Shown: positions 32,201 through 47,200, numbered from the stretch's first letter. The stretch: 64,000 nucleotides of DNA from Monocercomonoides exilis PA203 (GCA_001643675.2 LSRY02000005.1:1054001-1118000); one strand, 5' to 3'. Made by a program: numbers and translations. The notes: generated from the sequence alone by a model not told the origin.

Positions 32201-35200
32201 GATCCACTATGAAGGGGGAAGTAATCTGAGCATGAGTGATGTGACGGTCAAGGCAATGAGGCTTTCGAAGAGCATGATTGAATATAAATGCGAAACTAAT
32301 TTTGGAGCAGGTGGAGAAGGAGAAGTTGCGGGTTATGTCAATCTGATGGGAGTGAAGATTGATGATTGCAAAGTGAAGGTCAAGGAGGATGGGAATGGTG
32401 TGGAAAATGCGACAGGAAGTAAGGTGTATCTGGTGAAAGTGGAAGGGGGAGAAGGCATAAGTGTAAATATGGAGGGGGTTACTATTACGAAGAGTGTTTC
32501 GGAGGAAGGGTGCGGGAGTCTTGTGCGTGTGGCTAATGTGGGCAGTTTTGTGATGAAGAGAGCAGCGATTAGTGGAGCTACGGAAGGTGGTGATTCTAGT
32601 TTTGTGAGTGGGCGAGGGGTGGAGATTGAGGGATGTGGAAAAGGAAGTGTAACGAACAGCAACTTTACGGGGCTTGTGGTTAAATGCACGGGATTTAGTG
32701 GCAGCAGTTATGAGGAAGCGGGAGGCGGGGGTCTGAAGGCGATTGTGAAGGCGAGGGGAACAGCGACGGCGGCGGCGACGACGATGGGGCGGTTGATGAA
32801 AAGAAACGGAAATGGGGATACGAGTGGCGAAGGGGCGGGAGAAGAGGCGCTGCTGGCTGTAACGGGGTGCCGATTTGAAGGATGCAAAGTTATTGGAGCA
32901 GGGAAGGATAAAGCGCTTTTAGTGGGAGGAGGGGTGGTGTGTGCTTGGGGAAAAAGGAGATGGTGAAGATAAAGGAGGCGAGATTGAGATTAGGGGATGC
33001 GAGTTTTGCTCGTGCTGGGCGGGGAAGAAGCAGGGTGACGCAGGAACGGAAGAAGATGCCAATAACACTGAGGGTCGAGGAGGAGGGATCTTCTTGGATG
33101 TGCAGAATACAAAGATGAGATTTTATTTGGAGGGTGTTACAAAAGGGGATGAGGGGGGGAGACGCGGGAGAGGGACTGGAGAAGGAACGGAAGAGCCGGT
33201 GGTGGCAAAGAAGGAGCTGTTTGGGGTTGGTGAAGGGGAGGAGTGCTATGCGTTGCACGGTACGAATTTGTTTGTTAGATATCCTGGGAGCGGGGATGGG
33301 GAGAGTTTGAAAGGCAACATATTTGATTTTGATTATGATACGGAAAGAGCGGAGCGGCGGAACGAGATGAAAGGAGGGTATTTTGTGGAAGATGGAGAAG
33401 GGGGATAGCAGACGAGGTGATTGAGTATCTGCTGATACACTTGGTAGATTGGAATGAAAGCGAGGGAGCGTATGTGATGATGGGGAAAAAGGATGGGGAG
33501 ATTGAGGTGGGCGGGGAAGATGTTCCGGGATGTGGGAGGAAGTATCTGCCGTGTGCGGGGATTGAGTTTGCGTATGGCAATGCTAAATGGGGTGAAGGCG
33601 CTAATGATGCGAAGATTGTTCTTTCTGGGGAAGAATATACTATTGGGGAGCCGATTGAGCTTTTGGCAGGAAATGGAGCGAATGGTGTGCGTCCAGGGAA
33701 AGTTATTATTGATGGGGCAGCAGGAAGTGAAGAGGGGAGTGCAGAAAAAATGAAAGTGATGATTGATATTGAGAGCAAACCAGGAGTCAGCGGAAGGAAT
33801 GAAGGAGAGGAAAGCTCTGCGAAGGGGGCGATTACGAGTTACGTTAATTTGGTTATACAGAATGTGAAATTTTCATTGAATAAAGCAGGGAATAAGAGCA
33901 GCTGTGTTGTGTGGAGTGAGGGGGCAGGAGTGAGCCTGAGTGTGGAACATGTAGAGTTTGATGGGACAGAAATTAGCAAAGAGACGATTGGATGGAGAGT
34001 GATCCACTATGAAGGGGGAAGTAATCTGAGCATGAGTGATGTGACGGTCAAGGCAATGAGGCTTTCGAAGAGCATGATTGAATATAAATGCGAAACTAAT
34101 TTTGGAGCAGGTGGAGAAGGAGAAGTTGCGGGTTATGTCAATCTGATGGGAGTGAAGATTGATGATTGCAAAGTGAAGGTCAAGGAGGATGGGAATGGTG
34201 TGGAAAATGCGACAGGAAGTAAGGTGTATCTGGTGAAAGTGGAAGGGGGAGAAGGCATAAGTGTAAATATGGAGGGGGTTACTATTACGAAGAGTGTTTC
34301 GGAGGAAGGGTGCGGGAGTCTTGTGCGTGTGGCTAATGTGGGCAGTTTTGTGATGAAGAGAGCAGCGATTAGTGGAGCTACGGAAGGTGGTGATTCTAGT
34401 TTTGTGAGTGGGCGAGGGGTGGAGATTGAGGGATGTGGAAAAGGAAGTGTAACGAACAGCAACTTTACGGGGCTTGTGGTTAAATGCACGGGATTTAGTG
34501 GCAGCAGTTATGAGGAAGCGGGAGGCGGGGGTCTGAAGGCGATTGTGAAGGCGAGGGGAACAGCGACGGCGGCGGCGACGACGATGGGGCGGTTGATGAA
34601 AAGAAACGGAAATGGGGATACGAGTGGCGAAGGGGCGGGAGAAGAGGCGCTGCTGGCTGTAACGGGGTGCCGATTTGAAGGATGCAAAGTTATTGGAGCA
34701 GGGAAGGATAAAGCGCTTTTAGTGGGAGGAGGGGTGTGGTGTGTGCTTGGGGAAAAAGGAGATGGTGAAGATAAAGGAGGCGAGATTGAGATTAGGGGAT
34801 GCGAGTTTTGCTCGTGCTGGGCGGGGAAGAAGCAGGGTGACGCAGGAACGGAAGAAGATGCCAATAACACTGAGGGTCGAGGAGGAGGGATCTTCTTGGA
34901 TGTGCAGAATACAAAGATGAGATTTTATTTGGAGGGTGTTACAAAAGGGGATGAGGGGGGAGACGCGGGAGAGGGGACTGGAGAAGGAACGGAAGAGCCG
35001 GTGGTGGCAAAGAAGGAGCTGTTTGGGGTTGGTGAAGGGGAGGAGTGCTATGCGTTGCACGGTACGAATTTGTTTGTTAGATATCCTGGGAGCGGGGATG
35101 GGGAGAGTTTGAAAGGCAACATATTTGATTTTGATTATGATACGGAAAGAGCGGAGCGGCGGAACGAGATGAAAGGAGGGTATTTTGTGGAAGATGGAGA

Positions 35201-38200
35201 AGGGGGATAGCAGACGAGGTGATTGAGTATCTGCTGATACACTTGGTAGATTGGAATGAAAGCGAGGGAGCGTATGTGATGATGGGGAAAAAGGATGGGG
35301 AGATTGAGGTGGGCGGGGAAGATGTTCCGGGATGTGGGAGGAAGTATCTGCCGTGTGCGGGGATTGAGTTTGCGTATGGCAATGCTAAATGGGGTGAAGG
35401 CGCTAATGATGCGAAGATTGTTCTTTCTGGGGAAGAATATACTATTGGGGAGCCGATTGAGCTTTTGGCAGGAAATGGAGCGAATGGTGTGCGTCCAGGG
35501 AAAGTTATTATTGATGGGGCAGCAGGAAGTGAAGAGGGGAGTGCAGAAAAAATGAAAGTGATGATTGATATTGAGAGCAAACCAGGAGTCAGCGGAAGGA
35601 ATGAAGGAGAGGAAAGCTCTGCGAAGGGGCGATTACGAGTTACGTTAATTTGGTTATACAGAATGTGAAATTTTCATTGAATAAAGCAGGGAATAAGAGC
35701 AGCTGTGTTGTGTGGAGTGAGGGGGCAGGAGTGAGCCTGAGTGTGGAACATGTAGAGTTTGATGGGACAGAAATTAGCAAAGAGACGATTGGATGGAGAG
35801 TGATCCACTATGAAGGGGGAAGTAATCTGAGCATGAGTGATGTGACGGTCAAGGCAATGAGGCTTTCGAAGAGCATGATTGAATATAAATGCGAAACTAA
35901 TTTTGGAGCAGGTGGAGAAGGAGAAGTTGCGGGTTATGTCAATCTGATGGGAGTGAAGATTGATGATTGCAAAGTGAAGGTCAAGGAGGATGGGAATGGT
36001 GTGGAAAATGCGACAGGAAGTAAGGTGTATCTGGTGAAAGTGGAAGGGGGAGAAGGCATAAGTGTAAATATGGAGGGGTTACTATTACGAAGAGTGTTTC
36101 GGAGGAAGGGTGCGGGAGTCTTGTGCGTGTGGCTAATGTGGGCAGTTTTGTGATGAAGAGAGCAGCGATTAGTGGAGCTACGGAAGGTGGTGATTCTAGT
36201 TTTGTGAGTGGGCGAGGGGTGGAGATTGAGGGATGTGGAAAAGGAAGTGTAACGAACAGCAACTTTACGGGGCTTGTGGTTAAATGCACGGGATTTAGTG
36301 GCAGCAGTTATGAGGAAGCGGGAGGCGGGGGTCTGAAGGCGATTGTGAAGGCGAGGGGAACAGCGACGGCGGCGGCGACGACGATGGGGCGGTTGATGAA
36401 AAGAAACGGAAATGGGGATACGAGTGGCGAAGGGGCGGGAGAAGAGGCGCTGCTGGCTGTAACGGGGTGCCGATTTGAAGGATGCAAAGTTATTGGAGCA
36501 GGGAAGGATAAAGCGCTTTTAGTGGGAGGAGGGGTGTGGTGTGTGCTTGGGGAAAAAGGAGATGGTGAAGATAAAGGAGGCGAGATTGAGATTAGGGGAT
36601 GCGAGTTTTGCTCGTGCTGGGCGGGGAAGAAGCAGGGTGACGCAGGAACGGAAGAAGATGCCAATAACACTGAGGGTCGAGGAGGAGGGATCTTCTTGGA
36701 TGTGCAGAATACAAAGATGAGATTTTATTTGGAGGGTGTTACAAAAGGGGATGAGGGGGAGACGCGGGAGAGGGGACTGGAGAAGGAACGGAAGAGCCGG
36801 TGGTGGCAAAGAAGGAGCTGTTTGGGGTTGGTGAAGGGGAGGAGTGCTATGCGTTGCACGGTACGAATTTGTTTGTTAGATATCCTGGGAGCGGGGATGG
36901 GGAGAGTTTGAAAGGCAACATATTTGATTTTGATTATGATACGGAAAGAGCGGAGCGGCGGAACGAGATGAAAGGAGGGTATTTTGTGGAAGATGGAGAA
37001 GGGGGATAGCAGACGAGGTGATTGAGTATCTGCTGATACACTTGGTAGATTGGAATGAAAGCGAGGGAGCGTATGTGATGATGGGGAAAAAGGATGGGGA
37101 GATTGAGGTGGGCGGGAAGATGTTCCGGGATGTGGGAGGAAGTATCTGCCGTGTGCGGGGATTGAGTTTGCGTATGGCAATGCTAAATGGGGTGAAGGCG
37201 CTAATGATGCGAAGATTGTTCTTTCTGGGGAAGAATATACTATTGGGGAGCCGATTGAGCTTTTGGCAGGAAATGGAGCGAATGGTGTGCGTCCAGGGAA
37301 AGTTATTATTGATGGGGCAGCAGGAAGTGAAGAGGGGAGTGCAGAAAAAATGAAAGTGATGATTGATATTGAGAGCAAACCAGGAGTCAGCGGAAGGAAT
37401 GAAGGAGAGGAAAGCTCTGCGAAGGGGGCGATTACGAGTTACGTTAATTTGGTTATACAGAATGTGAAATTTTCATTGAATAAAGCAGGGAATAAGAGCA
37501 GCTGTGTTGTGTGGAGTGAGGGGGCAGGAGTGAGCCTGAGTGTGGAACATGTAGAGTTTGATGGGACAGAAATTAGCAAAGAGACGATTGGATGGAGAGT
37601 GATCCACTATGAAGGGGGAAGTAATCTGAGCATGAGTGATGTGACGGTCAAGGCAATGAGGCTTTCGAAGAGCATGATTGAATATAAATGCGAAACTAAT
37701 TTTGGAGCAGGTGGAGAAGGAGAAGTTGCGGGTTATGTCAATCTGATGGGAGTGAAGATTGATGATTGCAAAGTGAAGGTCAAGGAGGATGGGAATGGTG
37801 TGGAAAATGCGACAGGAAGTAAGGTGTATCTGGTGAAAGTGGAAGGGGGAGAAGGCATAAGTGTAAATATGGAGGGGGTTACTATTACGAAGAGTGTTTC
37901 GGAGGAAGGGTGCGGGAGTCTTGTGCGTGTGGCTAATGTGGGCAGTTTTGTGATGAAGAGAGCAGCGATTAGTGGAGCTACGGAAGGTGGTGATTCTAGT
38001 TTTGTGAGTGGGCGAGGGGTGGAGATTGAGGGATGTGGAAAAGGAAGTGTAACGAACAGCAACTTTACGGGGCTTGTGGTTAAATGCACGGGATTTAGTG
38101 GCAGCAGTTATGAGGAAGCGGGAGGCGGGGGTCTGAAGGCGATTGTGAAGGCGAGGGGAACAGCGACGGCGGCGGCGACGACGATGGGGCGGTTGATGAA

Positions 38201-41200
38201 AAGAAACGGAAATGGGGATACGAGTGGCGAAGGGGCGGGAGAAGAGGCGCTGCTGGCTGTAACGGGGTGCCGATTTGAAGGATGCAAAGTTATTGGAGCA
38301 GGGAAGGATAAAGCGCTTTTAGTGGGAGGAGGGGTGTGGTGTGTGCTTGGGGAAAAAGGAGATGGTGAAGATAAAGGAGGCGAGATTGAGATTAGGGGAT
38401 GCGAGTTTTGCTCGTGCTGGGCGGGGAAGAAGCAGGGTGACGCAGGAACGGAAGAAGATGCCAATAACACTGAGGGTCGAGGAGGAGGGATCTTCTTGGA
38501 TGTGCAGAATACAAAGATGAGATTTTATTTGGAGGGTGTTACAAAAGGGGATGAGGGGGGACGCGGGAGAGGGGACTGGAGAAGGAACGGAAGAGCCGGT
38601 GGTGGCAAAGAAGGAGCTGTTTGGGGTTGGTGAAGGGGAGGAGTGCTATGCGTTGCACGGTACGAATTTGTTTGTTAGATATCCTGGGAGCGGGGATGGG
38701 GAGAGTTTGAAAGGCAACATATTTGATTTTGATTATGATACGGAAAGAGCGGAGCGGCGGAACGAGATGAAAGGAGGGTATTTTGTGGAAGATGGAGAAG
38801 GGGGATAGCAGACGAGGTGATTGAGTATCTGCTGATACACTTGGTAGATTGGAATGAAAGCGAGGGAGCGTATGTGATGATGGGGAAAAAGGATGGGGAG
38901 ATTGAGGTGGGCGGGAAGATGTTCCGGGATGTGGGAGGAAGTATCTGCCGTGTGCGGGGATTGAGTTTGCGTATGGCAATGCTAAATGGGGTGAAGGCGC
39001 TAATGATGCGAAGATTGTTCTTTCTGGGGAAGAATATACTATTGGGGAGCCGATTGAGCTTTTGGCAGGAAATGGAGCGAATGGTGTGCGTCCAGGGAAA
39101 GTTATTATTGATGGGGCAGCAGGAAGTGAAGAGGGGAGTGCAGAAAAAATGAAAGTGATGATTGATATTGAGAGCAAACCAGGAGTCAGCGGAAGGAATG
39201 AAGGAGAGGAAAGCTCTGCGAAGGGGGCGATTACGAGTTACGTTAATTTGGTTATACAGAATGTGAAATTTTCATTGAATAAAGCAGGGAATAAGAGCAG
39301 CTGTGTTGTGTGGAGTGAGGGGCAGGAGTGAGCCTGAGTGTGGAACATGTAGAGTTTGATGGGACAGAAATTAGCAAAGAGACGATTGGATGGAGAGTGA
39401 TCCACTATGAAGGGGGAAGTAATCTGAGCATGAGTGATGTGACGGTCAAGGCAATGAGGCTTTCGAAGAGCATGATTGAATATAAATGCGAAACTAATTT
39501 TGGAGCAGGTGGAGAAGGAGAAGTTGCGGGTTATGTCAATCTGATGGGAGTGAAGATTGATGATTGCAAAGTGAAGGTCAAGGAGGATGGGAATGGTGTG
39601 GAAAATGCGACAGGAAGTAAGGTGTATCTGGTGAAAGTGGAAGGGGGAGAAGGCATAAGTGTAAATATGGAGGGGGTTACTATTACGAAGAGTGTTTCGG
39701 AGGAAGGGTGCGGGAGTCTTGTGCGTGTGGCTAATGTGGGCAGTTTTGTGATGAAGAGAGCAGCGATTAGTGGAGCTACGGAAGGTGGTGATTCTAGTTT
39801 TGTGAGTGGGCGAGGGGTGGAGATTGAGGGATGTGGAAAAGGAAGTGTAACGAACAGCAACTTTACGGGGCTTGTGGTTAAATGCACGGGATTTAGTGGC
39901 AGCAGTTATGAGGAAGCGGGAGGCGGGGGTCTGAAGGCGATTGTGAAGGCGAGGGGAACAGCGACGGCGGCGGCGACGACGATGGGGCGGTTGATGAAAA
40001 GAAACGGAAATGGGGATACGAGTGGCGAAGGGGCGGGAGAAGAGGCGCTGCTGGCTGTAACGGGGTGCCGATTTGAAGGATGCAAAGTTATTGGAGCAGG
40101 GAAGGATAAAGCGCTTTTAGTGGGAGGAGGGGTGTGGTGTGTGCTTGGGGAAAAAGGAGATGGTGAAGATAAAGGAGGCGAGATTGAGATTAGGGGATGC
40201 GAGTTTTGCTCGTGCTGGGCGGGGAAGAAGCAGGGTGACGCAGGAACGGAAGAAGATGCCAATAACACTGAGGGTCGAGGAGGAGGGATCTTCTTGGATG
40301 TGCAGAATACAAAGATGAGATTTTATTTGGAGGGTGTTACAAAAGGGGATGAGGGGGGAGACGCGGGAGAGGGGACTGGAGAAGGAACGGAAGAGCCGGT
40401 GGTGGCAAAGAAGGAGCTGTTTGGGGTTGGTGAAGGGGAGGAGTGCTATGCGTTGCACGGTACGAATTTGTTTGTTAGATATCCTGGGAGCGGGGATGGG
40501 GAGAGTTTGAAAGGCAACATATTTGATTTTGATTATGATACGGAAAGAGCGGAGCGGCGGAACGAGATGAAAGGAGGGTATTTTGTGGAAGATGGAGAAG
40601 GGGGATAGCAGACGAGGTGATTGAGTATCTGCTGATACACTTGGTAGATTGGAATGAAAGCGAGGGAGCGTATGTGATGATGGGGAAAAAGGATGGGGAG
40701 ATTGAGGTGGGCGGGGAAGATGTTCCGGGATGTGGGAGGAAGTATCTGCCGTGTGCGGGGATTGAGTTTGCGTATGGCAATGCTAAATGGGGTGAAGGCG
40801 CTAATGATGCGAAGATTGTTCTTTCTGGGGAAGAATATACTATTGGGGAGCCGATTGAGCTTTTGGCAGGAAATGGAGCGAATGGTGTGCGTCCAGGGAA
40901 AGTTATTATTGATGGGGCAGCAGGAAGTGAAGAGGGGAGTGCAGAAAAAATGAAAGTGATGATTGATATTGAGAGCAAACCAGGAGTCAGCGGAAGGAAT
41001 GAAGGAGAGGAAAGCTCTGCGAAGGGGGCGATTACGAGTTACGTTAATTTGGTTATACAGAATGTGAAATTTTCATTGAATAAAGCAGGGAATAAGAGCA
41101 GCTGTGTTGTGTGGAGTGAGGGGGCAGGAGTGAGCCTGAGTGTGGAACATGTAGAGTTTGATGGGACAGAAATTAGCAAAGAGACGATTGGATGGAGAGT

Positions 41201-44200
41201 GATCCACTATGAAGGGGGAAGTAATCTGAGCATGAGTGATGTGACGGTCAAGGCAATGAGGCTTTCGAAGAGCATGATTGAATATAAATGCGAAACTAAT
41301 TTTGGAGCAGGTGGAGAAGGAGAAGTTGCGGGTTATGTCAATCTGATGGGAGTGAAGATTGATGATTGCAAAGTGAAGGTCAAGGAGGATGGGAATGGTG
41401 TGGAAAATGCGACAGGAAGTAAGGTGTATCTGGTGAAAGTGGAAGGGGGAGAAGGCATAAGTGTAAATATGGAGGGGTTACTATTACGAAGAGTGTTTCG
41501 GAGGAAGGGTGCGGGAGTCTTGTGCGTGTGGCTAATGTGGGCAGTTTTGTGATGAAGAGAGCAGCGATTAGTGGAGCTACGGAAGGTGGTGATTCTAGTT
41601 TTGTGAGTGGGCGAGGGGTGGAGATTGAGGGATGTGGAAAAGGAAGTGTAACGAACAGCAACTTTACGGGGCTTGTGGTTAAATGCACGGGATTTAGTGG
41701 CAGCAGTTATGAGGAAGCGGGAGGCGGGGTCTGAAGGCGATTGTGAAGGCGAGGGGAACAGCGACGGCGGCGGCGACGACGATGGGGCGGTTGATGAAAA
41801 GAAACGGAAATGGGGATACGAGTGGCGAAGGGGCGGGAGAAGAGGCGCTGCTGGCTGTAACGGGGTGCCGATTTGAAGGATGCAAAGTTATTGGAGCAGG
41901 GAAGGATAAAGCGCTTTTAGTGGGAGGAGGGGTGTGGTGTGTGCTTGGGGAAAAAGGAGATGGTGAAGATAAAGGAGGCGAGATTGAGATTAGGGGATGC
42001 GAGTTTTGCTCGTGCTGGGCGGGGAAGAAGCAGGGTGACGCAGGAACGGAAGAAGATGCCAATAACACTGAGGGTCGAGGAGGAGGGATCTTCTTGGATG
42101 TGCAGAATACAAAGATGAGATTTTATTTGGAGGGTGTTACAAAAGGGGATGAGGGGGAGACGCGGGAGAGGGGACTGGAGAAGGAACGGAAGAGCCGGTG
42201 GTGGCAAAGAAGGAGCTGTTTGGGGTTGGTGAAGGGGAGGAGTGCTATGCGTTGCACGGTACGAATTTGTTTGTTAGATATCCTGGGAGCGGGGATGGGG
42301 AGAGTTTGAAAGGCAACATATTTGATTTTGATTATGATACGGAAAGAGCGGAGCGGCGGAACGAGATGAAAGGAGGGTATTTTGTGGAAGATGGAGAAGG
42401 GGGATAGCAGACGAGGTGATTGAGTATCTGCTGATACACTTGGTAGATTGGAATGAAAGCGAGGGAGCGTATGTGATGATGGGGAAAAAGGATGGGGAGA
42501 TTGAGGTGGGCGGGGAAGATGTTCCGGGATGTGGGAGGAAGTATCTGCCGTGTGCGGGGATTGAGTTTGCGTATGGCAATGCTAAATGGGGTGAAGGCGC
42601 TAATGATGCGAAGATTGTTCTTTCTGGGGAAGAATATACTATTGGGGAGCCGATTGAGCTTTTGGCAGGAAATGGAGCGAATGGTGTGCGTCCAGGGAAA
42701 GTTATTATTGATGGGGCAGCAGGAAGTGAAGAGGGGAGTGCAGAAAAAATGAAAGTGATGATTGATATTGAGAGCAAACCAGGAGTCAGCGGAAGGAATG
42801 AAGGAGAGGAAAGCTCTGCGAAGGGGGCGATTACGAGTTACGTTAATTTGGTTATACAGAATGTGAAATTTTCATTGAATAAAGCAGGGAATAAGAGCAG
42901 CTGTGTTGTGTGGAGTGAGGGGGCAGGAGTGAGCCTGAGTGTGGAACATGTAGAGTTTGATGGGACAGAAATTAGCAAAGAGACGATTGGATGGAGAGTG
43001 ATCCACTATGAAGGGGGAAGTAATCTGAGCATGAGTGATGTGACGGTCAAGGCAATGAGGCTTTCGAAGAGCATGATTGAATATAAATGCGAAACTAATT
43101 TTGGAGCAGGTGGAGAAGGAGAAGTTGCGGGTTATGTCAATCTGATGGGAGTGAAGATTGATGATTGCAAAGTGAAGGTCAAGGAGGATGGGAATGGTGT
43201 GGAAAATGCGACAGGAAGTAAGGTGTATCTGGTGAAAGTGGAAGGGGGAGAAGGCATAAGTGTAAATATGGAGGGGGTTACTATTACGAAGAGTGTTTCG
43301 GAGGAAGGGTGCGGGAGTCTTGTGCGTGTGGCTAATGTGGGCAGTTTTGTGATGAAGAGAGCAGCGATTAGTGGAGCTACGGAAGGTGGTGATTCTAGTT
43401 TTGTGAGTGGGCGAGGGGTGGAGATTGAGGGATGTGGAAAAGGAAGTGTAACGAACAGCAACTTTACGGGGCTTGTGGTTAAATGCACGGGATTTAGTGG
43501 CAGCAGTTATGAGGAAGCGGGAGGCGGGGGTCTGAAGGCGATTGTTAAAACTGGAAAAACAGAGGAAAATCTTGTTAAAATGTGTGAGTTTAGTAATAAA
43601 AATCTAATTAATATTGATAAAGATTTTGAACAATTGATTGTTGAAGGATGTCAATTTGAAAATTGTGAAGCTGTTGATTCTGATGAAAGAGATATGGTAT
43701 TGGTGGGAGGTGGATTTTATTGTTGCATTTGCGGAGAGGAAAGTTGTTATAATTCATTTGAAAATGCCGATAATTATAAGTTATTATTTAGCAATTTGAT
43801 TTTTAAGGAATGTAGTCTTTTAAAAGAAGGAAGCAAAGGTGGTGGAATATATGTTCATAATTTGGAAAATCTTCCGATGAAAATGGATATGAGAGTTAGC
43901 GATATGAATAATTGCATTGATAACAAAGCCACATTCGGATCAGTGATGTTTCTATCTGCAAAAGATTTAAGTGAGATTGTGAAATCAACAACGTTTAACT
44001 TTCTTGCTAGCGGAGCAAACATTGATGAATTTCTTGGAAGTGAATTAATAAATGATCCAGATGTGGATGCTGTTCCATTATTTGCATTTACGTTGGGAAC
44101 ATTTAGTAACAGCAGTATTGATGATAATGGAATAGATAATTATATTTGTGGATATCAAAAATATCCATGCGCTTCAATAAATCGAGCAATTGAGAAAGCC

Positions 44201-47200
44201 AAAGGCAATTCAAAAAGAGTTTGTAAAATACTCAACAAGTCAAGTGTGGAAAAGAAAATATCACTTGAATATTCAGCTTATCAATGCTCTATTGAAGGAA
44301 CAGATAGATCAAAAAGCACATTGACTACAAAAGATGATGCAGATTTCCAAGGAAAATCGGCATTTGAGATTATTACAAAGATATCGTTTAAGACATTACG
44401 GGTTTTGTTAAAGAGCCACAATTCGATTTATAGTTTCACAACAGTTAATGGAGGGAATTTGGAATATAGTAGTTGTTCAATATCAAACAATGCGCCAAGA
44501 GAATCGTTGAATTATCCATTTCTGAATATGATAAATGGAAATGTTACATTTAGTTATGTTTCATTAAGCGATTTGAATTATCAGGATGCAAGCTTTCTGA
44601 TTGCTGGACACGAAGATCAGCAAAATGATGAAACTATTCGCATTTCATTGAGTTATACAAACATTTCAAAGTCAAATGCAAATGGTTGTGATGGTTTTCT
44701 TCATGTTGTTAATATCAGAAGCTTTACTGTGAATAGATGTAACTTCAACAATGTGAATTTGAGTTGCCCATTGATTGCAATGAATAACATTTCAGCAGGT
44801 TCTGTATCTTATTCGAATTTTACACAAATTAAAAGCAGTGGGACTCATGGAGGTTGCGTAGCAATGAAAAAGCTAAATGATAACCAACAAGATCAGTCAT
44901 TAAACTTTAGCCAAGTTAGATTCAACAGCGTTAATGTTGATGGTTCAGAAAGCCAAGGAGGCTCCATGTATTTGGCATTGGACAACAAAATGAAGTTGCT
45001 GATAAACAATTCAGCTTTCTCATCTTCAAGCGCAAACTTGTCAAATGGACGAGGAGGAGCTTTGCTGTTGAATCTTCTGCCGCCGTTTGTTGGAAGTTAT
45101 TTATTGTCCTCACCAACGTTCAAATTCAATAGTGCGAAATGCGGAAGAGATGTTTTTGTGTATGCAACACGACTGAGCACAGGCGCTGTAATGAGCTGGT
45201 TCGACTTCTCGTTTTTTGATGGATATGATCAGAAGAATGCTCTTTACGGGGCTGATGCTTTGGATTTGAAAGATGTTGATCTGTTTGATTTGTGGGAGCA
45301 AAAATCGTCAGTTGTGATTATTGCAGATGATGGAATTGACTCAAAACTTTGCGGTACTACAAATATCCCTTGTAAAAGCTTTTCTGATGCTTTAAGTCGT
45401 CTTGAAGGTGATGACAAATATGTTCAAATCAGCGGGAAATGCTATATCACCAGCTCTAATGATGTATCTGGAACAACTATTCAACCTCATAATGAAGATT
45501 CTTCTCAATCTCCTGGAACTAAGCAAATAACTTTGGTTTTAAAAGGAAATGAAAGTGTAGAAATTACCACAGGATTGCTGTGTAATTCAAAATTCTTTTC
45601 ATTGCAAAATGCTTCTCTGCACATTACGAGAGAATTGGCTTGTGGGGCAGTTATCGACTCTGCAAAAGGACACGTACAGCTCACGTCAGTTGAATTGGCA
45701 TATGAAGAAACAGAACAAGCTGCTAATACGCTTTTGAAAAGGTCCACGAATGATCCTTTCCAAATTACTATGAACATATTACTAATTGAAGGAGGCGATT
45801 TAACGATAAGCGAATTTCGAATGAATGGATTGATTTTTGCAGTTAGTCCAATTGTGTTGAATCAAAAATGCGGGAACGTGTCAATTTCCTCAATGTCCGT
45901 GAAAGACACTGTCATAAATGATATTGAAAAATCTTTCTGTTCTGTCGCAACTCCAAGTGATAGAAGCCCAACAGATGAAAAAATCAATTTCTCTTTGTCT
46001 CATTCTTCTTTTGCAAATCTTTCACGTAGCCTTTCAGAAGTGGTAACAACAAAACAAAACAGTGAGACTCAAAGTGCACCGCTTGTGTTCTCTTTTACTG
46101 ATCCTTCTCCTTCTCCTTCGGAAGATGAGAATGATGCGAGCGATGACCCACAGACAGACGATGCGGAGAAATTCCCAGTCGTTGCGATAAAGAATTGCAC
46201 GTTTGTGTGCCCCGAGCAAAAGGATAGTACTTCGTTTATTTGTGTCAGCAATTCTGCTGCGTCATTTACTTTTTGCACTTTCGATGCCAATGTACCTTCT
46301 GAGCCTGAATCTCTGAAACAGCTTTCTCTCTCTTCAAGATTATCAAATTCAATTTTAAAATACTCATCAAAGGCAAATTCAAAAGCAAATTCTGGGCAAT
46401 TAATCTCAAACGAAGATTTCTGCAGCTGGAACGGTTCGCTTCTTAAATTCACACAGGCAAACGGAACTGTAACAGAAACAGTGTTTGCTGGAACAACAAA
46501 TGGTGCTGTTTGTGTAGACGGAGGAAATATTAGTTTTTCTGAATGCAAGTTTACAAACAATACGATATCATCCTCGTTGTATCCATCAGCAAGAAGAAAT
46601 CTAAAATGTTCTAACAAAGCTATTGTGACTCTTTCGAGCTTAAAGGGAGGCGATGGCTTTAGTAAAACAGATCCGCTTTGGATTCTTAATGATGGATGCG
46701 AATTAAATGGAATTCCAAGCGAAAGGAATTCATCATTATTTGTCCCTACTGTTACATCGTTTACGAATAAAACAGATAACACAAATTACAAACTGACATT
46801 CAAAGGAACTTATTTATTCCCTTGTGATCTTGCTTATCACGTGAAGGTTGAGTATATTCAAGAGAAAGAACAAGAAGAACAACAGGAGCAAAAAGAAGAA
46901 GATCCAAATGCTCATCCGACAACCATCACAGATTTCTCTTTCAGTGCTTTCGTATCTGAATCAGAAGTTGTCGGCCAAATTCCAAAAAGTGTGATAGACG
47001 ATGCTGAGTACCAAGATGAAATAACAGTATGGTTCTCGTATGAAAAGGGCGACGTGAGCAAAACCAGATCAATAACGTCCTCATTGATTCTTAAGAATTG
47101 GACATATCCCCCACAACCAGGACCTGAAGATCCATATGAGAGAATTGCCAAAATGTCGTCGCAGATAAAGAATATCGTAATTGCTCTTGCTGTTGTGTTT

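Noticed and set aside
27732-42407. Many separate ORFs in the array treated as individual genes or pseudogenes
   Set aside because: They are fragments of one repeated frame, broken almost only by 1-nt indels in G-runs, which is typical of long-read error.
25273-43488. Recurrent antisense Pro/Ser-rich ORFs (102-217 aa)
   Set aside because: These are shadow ORFs of a G-rich sense strand; they recur only because the repeat recurs.
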